NCBI GenBank assembly: GCA_012295275.1
Contig: CM022678.1
Location: 11,222,001 to 11,286,000 of the forward strand
Reading direction: 5' to 3'
From: Chrysomallon squamiferum
Lineage: Eukaryota; Animalia; Mollusca
DNA length: 64,000 bases
The notes below the pieces were generated by a model. The model saw only the letters and a program-made list of their open reading frames with translations. It made no database searches and had not been told where the DNA came from. The position numbers and the translations under genes are program-made. Each line of letters starts with the position of its first letter. Positions within the stretch are counted from its first letter, which is position 1. This document shows positions 52,647 to 64,000 of this stretch, piece after piece.

Positions 52647-53460
52647 TAATAATTATAATAATAATAATATTAATAATAATAATATAATAAATATAATAAT
52701 AGTAATAATAATAGTAATAATAATAATAATAATAATAATTATTATTATTATTATTATGATATTAATAATGATGATGATGATAATAAAATAATGATAATAA
52801 ATAATTAAATAAATAAAATTAAAAAAAAAATAAAAAATAAAAAATTAACAATAAAATAAAATAAAAAATAAAATAAAATAAAGTAAAATAAAATAAAATA
52901 AAATAAAATAAAGTAAAATAAAATAAAATAAAGTAAAATAAAATAAAATAGAATGAAATAAAACAAATAAAAACAAAACAAAATAAAATAAAACAAAATA
53001 AAATAGATAATAGTAATGATAAAAACTCGGTAAGTTTATTGAGCACTCTAACCACTGTCCCTCACTCAGACGTCTCCCTTATTTTTTACTAGAAAGAACT
53101 GTGAGACACTGGGTGGAACTGGAAAAAAGCCAGTAGATAATTTTATATCTGTCAGTTAAATGTTTTCTTAACAAGCAAATCACCTGGCGGAAAATACAGT
53201 GTTCTATTTTACCATAACACTAAACACATTCTTAATCAACGATTATACGTCATCACACTATTAATTAAAAAAAAAAAAATATATATATATATATATATGC
53301 AATCGTACGACTGTCTGTTTTTTTTTTCTTCAGATTAACAAAAAGTGTTGTTTTGTTTATTTCAAACAACCACACACATACACACACACACACACATGCA
53401 CTATCACTTAGACAGGGGAGCACATACCACGTGATTTGATAAATACCACTAAAGCGCTAT
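52370..53460 (+). mobile_element. Possible degenerate fragments of an interspersed repeat
   Basis: GAGAGGAAACCC...GCTACTCT...AGCAGCAA (52378-52436) and AGACAGG..AGCACATACCACG (53410-53432) resemble, from memory only, an abundant gastropod interspersed repeat. Not verified. Confidence 0.3.
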
Positions 53461-54168
53461 AGAGAGTTGATCCTAAAACCGTCCACTCCTTGTCTATTAC
53501 AATGTGACACAGAGATGAGACAGCAATGCACTGAATCAAGAATACAGCTTGTTATTTTATTGTCTTACTTTATTAATAGTAAACATTGGGCTCCAGTAAT
53601 AACAGTCATTAAAATTTATTTAGTTTTTTTCAGTGTATCAATTCAGCAAGAAAAAATAAAAGTTATGTGAAAGTTTAAAGCACTTTAATAATAATGAAAA
53701 ATAAATAAATAAAAATAAAAAGAAAGAAAAAAAAAAAAAGAAAGAAAGAAAGAAAGAAAGAAAGAAGAAAGAAAGAAGATAAAATAAAAATAAAACAGAC
53801 AGAGAGAAATTATCAACCATCATCATTAATTTGACAAATTATTTTGAAATGATTATATTAACTAGAATAACTGCATAAAAAAAATCTGCTTCTGGCAACA
53901 TTGAAGCACAAAAAAAAAAATGATTTTCAACAACTACAACGTCAACAATAGCACCAACAACGTCACGATTTGATATCTCACGTTTACCACGACTTCCCCC
54001 ACGAATACTTTATTTCTTTGTCTGTGACCTGATTAAAAATACATTTCACGTGACCCGGTGCGGGTATGAAAATATCTCACAGCTCAGTGTGTAGTAACCT
54101 GATATGTGTCACTGACATGTGCACCCCATACAAAACTTGTCATGCGTTACCCGTAATTAAACCTTGTC

Positions 54169-54304
<136 letters not shown>

Positions 54305-54394
54305 AGGTGTCTTTTATTTAAATGCTTTGTTAGCTCGTATTAGGTGTATGGTTGTTTTCGTGCTTTTCTTTGTTTTCTTTTTTCTTTCTTTCTT

Positions 54395-54453
<59 letters not shown>

Positions 54454-54714
54454 CTTTTTCTTTCTTTTTATTGTTCGTCACAACAGTCTTTATATGCGTT
54501 TCTTTTATTTTTTATTTTCATCTGTTTCTCTAGCTTTTGTCCATTTCTTTCTTTCTTTTTTTATTCGTCTTTTCCATTTTTCTTTCTTTTCTATTTTGTG
54601 TTTGTCTTTCTTTCTTTAATTTCTTTTGTTTGTGTTTTTGTTCCTTCTTTCTCTTCATTTTAATTTTTTGTCTTTCACTTCTTCCTTTTTATTGCCAGCC
54701 TTGCTCGGTATCTG

Positions 54715-55136
54715 TCTGTGTGTGTGTGTCTGTGTGTGTATCTGTATGTATGTGTGTGTGTGTGTGTGTATTTGTGTGTGTCTGTCTGTTTGTTGTGTCT
54801 GTGTGTGTGTCTGTGTGTGTCTGTGTGTGTATTTGTGTGTGTGTCTCTCTGTGTGTGTGTGTATTTTTATGTGTGTCTGTGTGTGTGTGTTTATGTGTCT
54901 GTGTGTATGTGTTTGTATGTGTGTGTGTCTCTCTGTGTGTGTGTATTTGTTTATGTGTGTGTGTCTCTCCCTGTGTGTTTATGTGTCTGTGTGTGTGTCT
55001 GTGTGTGTATTTGTATGTGTGTGTGTGTCTCTGTGTGTGTTTGTATGTGTGTGTGTGTGTGTCTGTGTGTGTATTTGTGTGTGTGTGTGTGTGTCTCTGT
55101 GTGTGTGTGTGTTGTGTGTCTGTGTGTGTGTGTATT

Positions 55137-55175
<39 letters not shown>

Positions 55176-55240
55176 TTGTATGTGTGTGTGTCTCTCTCTG
55201 TGTGTGTTGTGTGTGTGTGTGTGTGTGTGTGTGTCTATGT

Positions 55241-55284
<44 letters not shown>

Positions 55285-55570
55285 TTGTATGTGTGTGTGT
55301 CTGTGTCTGTGTGTCTGTGTGTGTGTGTCTCTCTGTGTGTTTATGTGTCTGTATGTGTATGTCTATGTCTCTGTGTGTGTGTGTATTTGTGTGTGTGTAT
55401 TTGTATGTGTGCGTCTGTGTCTCTGTGTGTGTGTGTGTCTGTATGTGTATGTGTGTGTGTGTGTGTGTGTGTATTTGTATGTGTGTGTCTGTGTCTCTGT
55501 GTGTGTGTCTGTATGTATGTGTGTCTGTGTGTGTGTCGTGTGTGTATTTGTATGTGTGTGTGTATTTGTG
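54715..55570. repeat. Compound (GT)n microsatellite
   Basis: Direct inspection. Confidence 0.95.
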
Positions 55571-56029
55571 GTGTTTATTCTTAGTTTATGAGTTATTTAT
55601 TTTTCGTTTCTTCAACTTTTATTTCAATTTATTTTGCTTTGTTTGTTTATTTATTTATTGCTCATTCATTTATTTTTCTTTCTTTCATTCTTTTTCTTTT
55701 TCTTTCTGTTTAATGTTTTCTTTTGTTCTGTTATTATTATTTTTAATCTTGCTTCTTTAATTTTTTTTTTTTTTTTTTTTACTTTTTTTTATTCAGCTAA
55801 CACCATCGCCATCAGTAAAGATTACAAGAGAGAAAAGAAAACAAAGAAATGTTTAAAAATAAATAAAATGTTTTGAACTGGCGGACCACGTCGTGTTGTA
55901 CGGCGAGGTGAGACAATCCACCCGTTTAGCTATTTTTAGAAACCACGAGCGTCGTCTCCAGTTCACAGTAACTCGTTAAAAGTACAGCTGTTCACGCAGA
56001 AAGAAACAAAAACAAAAAAATAATAATAA

Positions 56030-56084
<55 letters not shown>

Positions 56085-56153
56085 AAATGAATAAATAAAT
56101 AAATAATAACAATAAATAAAATTTAAAAAAATAATAATAAATAAGTAAATAAG

Positions 56154-56184
<31 letters not shown>

Positions 56185-56556
56185 GAAAAATCAAAATGGA
56201 TTAGCTATTTTAAAAAAACAAACAAAAGAACAACAACACCAGTAATAATAACAATAATAACAACAACAATAACAATAAAACAAACAAAACAAAAGCAATA
56301 AATAAATAAATGAATGAATGAAAAAATAAGTAAATAAATAAATAAATGACTTATGGATTTAAAAATGATTATAATTTAATTTAACAACAAAGACAGATCT
56401 GCAGAAACCGAACGTGTACAAAGATACACAGTGAGAGACAAAGAAAGACAGAGAGACAGTGGAAGAGAGAGAGACAGAAAGAGGAAGGATGTCATAAAGA
56501 AAGTGAAAGAGACACAAATTCAGAGATAGATAGCTAGATAGACAAATAGAGACATA

Positions 56557-56659
<103 letters not shown>

Positions 56660-56829
56660 ACTAATTAACGAACTTATTTCTACTTGTAGTTGTTAATTAA
56701 ATGTGTGATGACGTATCATCGTTGATTAAGTATGTGTTTAGTGTTATGGTAAAATAGAACACTCAGTTAAGAAAACATTTTGTTGACAGATATAAAATTA
56801 TTTAATTTACTAATTAGTTCGTTTTGTGC

Positions 56830-56945
<116 letters not shown>

Positions 56946-57546
56946 ATTACTAATCAAGGAATTTATTGCTACTTGTAGTTCGCCACTTTCAGCCTGTGTT
57001 TATTTGTGTGCTGCCTGACAAAGCAATTTTTTGAGTCACGAATTTCTCAGACATGAGCCTCACTTGAACAAAGTGTAAACACGTGATTTGTGATAACACA
57101 TTGCAAAATAACAATAAAATTCAATATTGATTCATTTATTCGGGGCAGTAAGTTTGCTATTTTATTTTAATTATTTTTATTTTATTTTATTTTACTCTTT
57201 TTTATATATATTTTTTTTTTTATTTTTATTTTTATTTTTTTTTTTTTTTTTTTATTTTTTTTTTTTTTTTATTTTTTTTTTTTATTTTTTATTTTTTTTA
57301 TTTTATTTTGTTTTTTGAGGCATCCCCCGTTTCTACATATCACGATCTTCCCCTGGAATGAAATCTGAATATGACTCAGGATCATGGGACTTTGTTTTTA
57401 TAAATTCTTCAAGTCATGCTTCTTTGTCTGACGTTGTCTTATATAAGGAACGACGACTGACACGACGGCATCACTGTTGAATACAACGCGGTAGCAACTT
57501 GTTGAGACTTTCAGCAAACTCGTCGACGAAAACAAAAATCTTCATC

Positions 57547-60500
57547 ATGAACAAAATTCTTTTTGGTCTTCTTGTTGTCCTCCTCGTAGTTGCTCTTTCT
57601 GAGCAGGTGAGTAAATTTTTATTTATTTAGTATATTTATATATTTATTTATTTATTTATTTATTTTATATGTTATATTTTTATTTTATCTTGTTACATAT
57701 ATTTTATATATATATATATATATTTATCTATTTATTTATTTATTTATTTTATATGTTATATTTTTATTTTATCTCTTAGTTACATATATTTTATACATTA
57801 TACTAGCAGACACATTTTTTATATATTTTACATGTTAATATATATATACGTTATTAGTACATATATTAGTATATGTTTTATATATTGCACTAGTAGATAT
57901 ATATTTTTATTTCATATTACTACTCTAGTAGATATATTTTTTATTTCGTATGTTAGTAAATATATTTTATATATTACGCTAGTAGATATAAACATTCTTA
58001 ATATATTAGGAGATATATTTTTTAAATCTTATATCTTAGATTACATATATTATATTAGACCAGTAGATGTTTTTATTTGATATTTTAGTACAAATATTTT
58101 ATATTACTCTAATAGCATTCATTCTTTACGTTCTATGTCAGTATATATATATACACTAGTAGATATAGGTTTTATTTTAAATGTTACTATAATATTATAT
58201 ATAGTAGATATAGTTTTATTTTATATGTTAATATACATACTTTCGTAGATATATTTGTTACTTTCTATTAGTACACATACGTTATATATTACAGTAGTTG
58301 ATTTATTTCTTTATTTTATACGTCAGTACAAATATTTTATATATTATACTAACAGATATATACTTAATTTTATATATGACTACATGTACACTATATATTA
58401 CACAGTAGGTACATGCCTTAAATATTACACTAGTAGATATATTTTTATTTTATATGTTAGTACTCATACTTTATATATTATTTATTTTATTCATTAGTAC
58501 AAATACGATAGTATTACACTAGTAGATGTATTTTTTTTATATGTTAGAATACTTTATATATTACACCAGTAGATATAGATTTTTAAATTTTATTCGTTAA
58601 AATAAACACCTTAGTATTACACTAGTAGAATACTTTTTTTTTTTTTTTTACATATTATATATATTACACCAGTAGATATTTTATTTAATTTTATTTGTTA
58701 GATATATTCTTAATTTATACACTTTATATTTTACCTAGTAGATATATTTTATTTTTATTTTATATGTTAGTATATATTCTTTATTTTCTATGTTAGTATA
58801 AATACTGTAGTATTACTCTAGTAGACATAAATTTTGTTTTATATGTTAGTACATTTAATTTATATTACATTTAGTAGATATTTTATTTTATTTTATATAG
58901 TGTACACGTAATTTATATAGTAGATACATATTTATTTTATTTTTAAGTACATATATTATATATATTACATTAGTAGATATAGTTTTTATTTCATGTTAGT
59001 ACACATATTTTATATATTACATTAGTAGTTATATTTTTTATTTTATATGTTAGTATATATATTTTATATATTACGCTAGTAGATATAGTTTTTATTTCGT
59101 ATGTTAGTAAATATATTTTATATATTACGCTAGTAGATATATTTTTTATTTCGTATGTTAGTACCACATTCTTAATATATTAGGAAATATATATTTTTAT
59201 TTTATATCTTAGATTACATATATTATATTACACCAGTAGATGTTTTTATTTGATATTTTAGTACAAATATTTTATAGATTATTCAAATAGCATTCAATTT
59301 TTATTTTCTATGTCAGTATATATATAAATTAGTAGATATATTTTTTATTTTAAATGTTACTATACATATTATATATAATTTTATTTTATATGTTAATATA
59401 CATACTTTCGTAGATATATTTGTTACTTTCTATTAGTACACATACGTTATATATTACAGTAGTTGATTTATTTCTTTATTGTATACGTCAGTACAAATAT
59501 TTTACATATTATACTAATTATATAATTATACTAATAGATATATACTTTATTTTATATATGACTATATGTACACTATATATTACACTTTTTAATACATATG
59601 TTACTATACATGCTGTAAATATTACACTAGTAGATATAGATTTTTTTATTTTATATATTAGTATTCATACTTTATATATTATTTATTTTATTTGTTAGTA
59701 TAAATACGTTAGTATTACACTAGTAGATGTTAGTACACATACTTTATATATTACACCAGTAGATATAGACTTTTTTTATTTTACTCGTTAGTATAAACAC
59801 CTTAATATTACACTAGTAGACATATTTATTTTTATTTTATTTGTTAGTATATTTAATTTATATATTACACTGGTAGATATATTCTTTATTTTATTTCTAA
59901 GTACAATTTATATTTTACACTAGTAGATAGTTTATTTTATATGTCTACTAATAGTATAATATATAAATTAAGTGTACCTTAATTTATATATTATACTATT
60001 AGTAGACATATTCTTTATTTTATACGTTAGTATATATATTTTATATATTACACAGAAGATATATTTTTTTATTTTATACGTTAGTACATATATTTTATAT
60101 ATTAAACTAGTAGATATATTCTTTATTTTTTCTGTCAGTATAAGTACTTTAATATTACACTAGTAGACATAAATTTTGTTTTATATGTTAGTACATTTAA
60201 TTTATATTATATTTAGTAGATATTTTATTTTATTTTATATGGTAGTACACATAATTTATATAATAGATAGAGTCTTTATTTTATTTGTAAGTACATATAC
60301 TTTATATATTACACTGGTAGATATTTTATTTTATTTTATATGTTAACAGATATATTTTATATATCACACTAGTAGATATATTTTTTATTTCATGTTAGTA
60401 TATATATTTTATATATTACACTAGATATATTCTCTGTTTCATATGTTAGCATATATTACATATATTACATATGTTACATAGATTTATTCTTTATTTTATA

Positions 60501-63311
60501 TCTTAGATTTACATATTTTATATACTACACCAGTAGATATGGGTTTTTTAACTGATATTTTAGTACATATATTTTATTTTACATGTTACTATACATATTT
60601 TATATATTACACTAGTAGATATATTCTTTATTTTATATGTTAGTATTAGCATACATACTTTCGTAGATATATTTCTTTATTTTATACGTCAGTACATACG
60701 TTACACTAATTGATATTATACTTTATTTTATATGTCACTACATGTACAATGTCTATTACACTAGTAGGTATATTTTTTATTTTAAAATTCTACTCTGTAT
60801 GAAGAACAAATATATGTTTTAAATTTATTAAACTGCTTCGCAAATTCTCAAAAATACACTTAGGTTGTTAAATTCGTTTGAAATTTAAAATAAGTAAATA
60901 AATAAATAAATATTATTATCATCATCATCATTATTACTACTACTATTATTATTATTTGTATTATTTATTTATTATTTATTTGTTATCGTTTCTTTGTTTT
61001 TGCACTTTAATTCAGAAATTAAAAATTTCTAACACTTTTAATATTTTTGTGTCGTCATATAAAAAACTGAATTATGAATACGTTTTATTGAAATATTGAA
61101 ATTATATTATAAAAAATTAACACAGAAAAATATAATTGAACATTATTAAATTCCAGTTTGGGTGATGCATATAGAGATTTTAAAATTTATTGACTTATTT
61201 CCACAATTTCAAAAAGTTATTTCTTGCATATACAGAAAGATAAATTTAGTTAAATTGTTGAAAGTTTAATAATAAATGTTTTTAATAAAACACAGATATT
61301 TTAAATACACTGAAATATTTCGAAGAATTTAAACATTTATTTGTTTACATAATAATTATATGGAAAGGTCAATTTTAAAAAATGATTATTATTATTTTTG
61401 TGATTTTTTATATTTTTATTTCGGATTTTCAATTACTAATTTTGTCAAAAAAATAAAAAATAAAAAAATAAATACGATAATTAATTTTATAAATTATACA
61501 AATTTATATATTAAATTTTGTGTTTAAATTATTAAAGAACAAAAATGCAATTATATAGTTAAAATATAATATATATATGTATATGTATGTATGTACGTAT
61601 GTATGTGTGTATGTGTGTATGTATGTATGTGTGTGTATGTGTGTATGTGTGTATGTATGTGTGTATATATGTGTATGTATGTATGTGTATGTATGTACAT
61701 ATGTATGTATGTATGTATGTGTATGTATGTATGTGTATGTATGTACATATGTATGTGTGTATGTATGTATGTATGTATATGTGTATGTATGTACATATGT
61801 ATGTGTGTATGTTTGTATGTATGTATGTAGGAATGTATGTATGTATGTATGTATGTATGTATGTTTGTATGTATGTATGTATGTATGTGTATGTACGTAT
61901 GTGTATGTATGTACATATGTATGTGTGTATGTATGTATGTTTTTGTATGTATGTATGTAGGTATGTATGTATCTTAAAAAATCTTATAATATATTCGACA
62001 AAAAGAAGTTTATTTTTAATGCAATATTATTTGGTTTACAGAAGAGAGGTGGTGGACAAAGCCAGGGTCAGAGTCAAGGTCAAGGCCAGGGACAGAGTCA
62101 AGGTCAGAGTCAAGGCCAGGGCCAGAGTCAGGGACAAGGTAAAGGCCAGGGCCAGAGTCAAGGACAAGGTCAAGGCCAGGGACAGAGTCAAGGTCAAGGT
62201 CAAGGACAGGGCCAGAGTCAGGGACAAGGTCAAGGCCAGGGACAGAGTCAGGGACAAGGTCAAGGCCAGGGACAGAGTCAAGGACACGGTCAAGGACAAG
62301 GACAAGGACAAGGTCAAGGACAGGGTCAAGGACAAGGTCAAGGACAGGGTCAAGGACAAGGTCAAGGACAGGGACAGGGTAACCAAGACTGCGATGGTGA
62401 CAAACAAGGTCAAGGACAGGGCAACAACCAACAAGGTCAGGGCAACAACAAACAAGGTCAGGGCAACAGCCAACAAGGTCAGGGCAACAAACAAGGTCAA
62501 GGACAGGGCAACAGCCAACAAGGTCAAGGACAGGGCAACAGCCAACAAGGTCAAGGACAGGGCAACAACCAACAAGGTCAGGGCAACAACAAACAAGGTC
62601 AGGGCAACAGCCAACAAGGTCAGGGCAACAACAAACAAGGTCAGGGCAACAGCCAACAAGGTCAAGGCAACAGCAAACAAGGTCAGGGCAACAACCAGCA
62701 AGGTCAGGGCAACAGCCAACAAAGCCAGGGCAGTCGTCAAGGTGAGTGTTTATAAATATGTACTTTTATCATCTTCAAACTCAGATGTTGCTGAGTGAAT
62801 TCGTTGATGTATTTAAATGTCAGAAGTTTCTAGACTAAACTACATCTGTATTATAATGTATGTTGTTAACAAACTGTTATAATGTATGTTGTTAACAAAC
62901 TGTTATAATGTATGTTGTTAACAAACTGTTATAATGTATGTTGTTAACAAACTGTTATAATGTATGTTGTTACAAACTGTTATAATGTATGTTGTTAACA
63001 AACTGTTATAATGTATGTTGTTAACAAACTGTTATAATGTATGTTGTTAAACTGTTATAATGTATGTTGTTACAAACTGTTATAATGTATGTTGTTAACA
63101 AACTGTTATAATGTATGTTGTTAACAAACTGTTAAGTTTTTCATCTCTTAGTTAATATAATATTGTAAAATTTCAAATCCTCTGAATAAAATTTGAAACT
63201 CACAAAATTTAACACTTCTTTATTCTACTTTATAACACTGCACAGACGATGATTTTAATTTTCTTTTCTTTTCTTTCTTTATTTCCAGGCGGCCGTGGAA
63301 ACCGTAACTAG
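57547..63311 (+). CDS. Secreted Gln/Gly-rich protein (QG/QSQG and GNxQQGQ repeats), 260 aa, 3 exons
   Basis: Exons 57547-57606 (MNKILFGLLVVLLVVALSEQ|GTGAGT), 62042-62741 (KRGGGQSQGQ...GSRQ G|GTGAGT), 63289-63311 (GGRGNRN*). 783 nt in frame, TATATAA at 57440, AATAAA near 63613. Confidence 0.92.
57780..60790. repeat. Degenerate AT-rich intronic satellite (~55-bp monomer) with a higher-order duplication
   Basis: Recurrent TATTACACTAGTAGATATA...TTTTATATGTTAGTA. Blocks at 58255 and 59420 are near-identical (offset 1165). Confidence 0.8.
62846..63133. repeat. 26-bp minisatellite (~11 copies)
   Basis: Unit TGTTATAATGTATGTTGTTAACAAAC. Confidence 0.92.
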
Positions 63312-63801
63312 ATGACAATCTACCAATCAGGAAACGACTTAGAACTCGCCTCTCTCCTTCTCGACCAATCAAAAAACGTTTTAGAAAACTCTTCTCTCCT
63401 TCTCCTCTAATCAGCGTGATTCACAACAAAACAAAACAAAATTAAAATGGACAATATTAGAGACTTTTCTGCTTCGAAAATTTGAGTTTGATTTTACAAA
63501 AAAATTCTTCTCGACATTTTTCGACATAATAAAAAAAAACTGAATTTTCTATAAGAAAAAAAAATGTTTTGTTAAATTAAATTTCTCTTCCAGTCTGTAT
63601 TCTTTTCTCTGCAATAAAACTTTCTAAAACTGAGAATGTGTTTTAAAATATTGCTATTGTTTCTTGTCCAGTTAGACATCACAATGATCATGATGATGAG
63701 GTGGTAATGATGAGTTTGATGATATAATGATAATGACGTTAATGATGATGAGGATGATGAAATGTATATGAATATAAGTTGGGGATTGTGGATTGTGCAT
63801 C

Positions 63802-64000
<199 letters not shown>

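Overview
AT-rich, microsatellite-dense eukaryotic (invertebrate animal, possibly gastropod mollusc) genomic DNA with spliced genes. Most ORFs in the track are simple-repeat artefacts, so gene models were built by hand from GT-AG junctions and intron phases. Two gene groups are visible. (1) Four genes for secreted low-complexity Gly/Gln-rich (or Met/Lys/Glu-rich) proteins at 2222-9543(+), 11396-13280(-), 46204-51238(+) and 57547-63311(+). They share a signal-peptide exon, a repeat exon and promoter/3'UTR motifs. (2) A segmentally duplicated block between them (~16.4-42 kb). It holds a 7-exon LRAT/PLAAT-family (NlpC/P60) gene with a degenerate LRAT domain, an intact LRAT domain and a novel C-terminal module. 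It also holds six or seven small minus-strand genes encoding probably N-myristoylated (MGN...) proteins built from one or two copies of a ~50-aa module that resembles the LRAT C-terminal module. Their promoters and first introns carry repeated STAT-, NF-kB/Rel- and IRF-like sites, and one small gene shares a bidirectional promoter with the LRAT gene. This enzyme plus myristoylated micro-protein cluster is the best candidate for an undescribed, possibly immune-inducible system. No database search was possible, so all functions are inferences.
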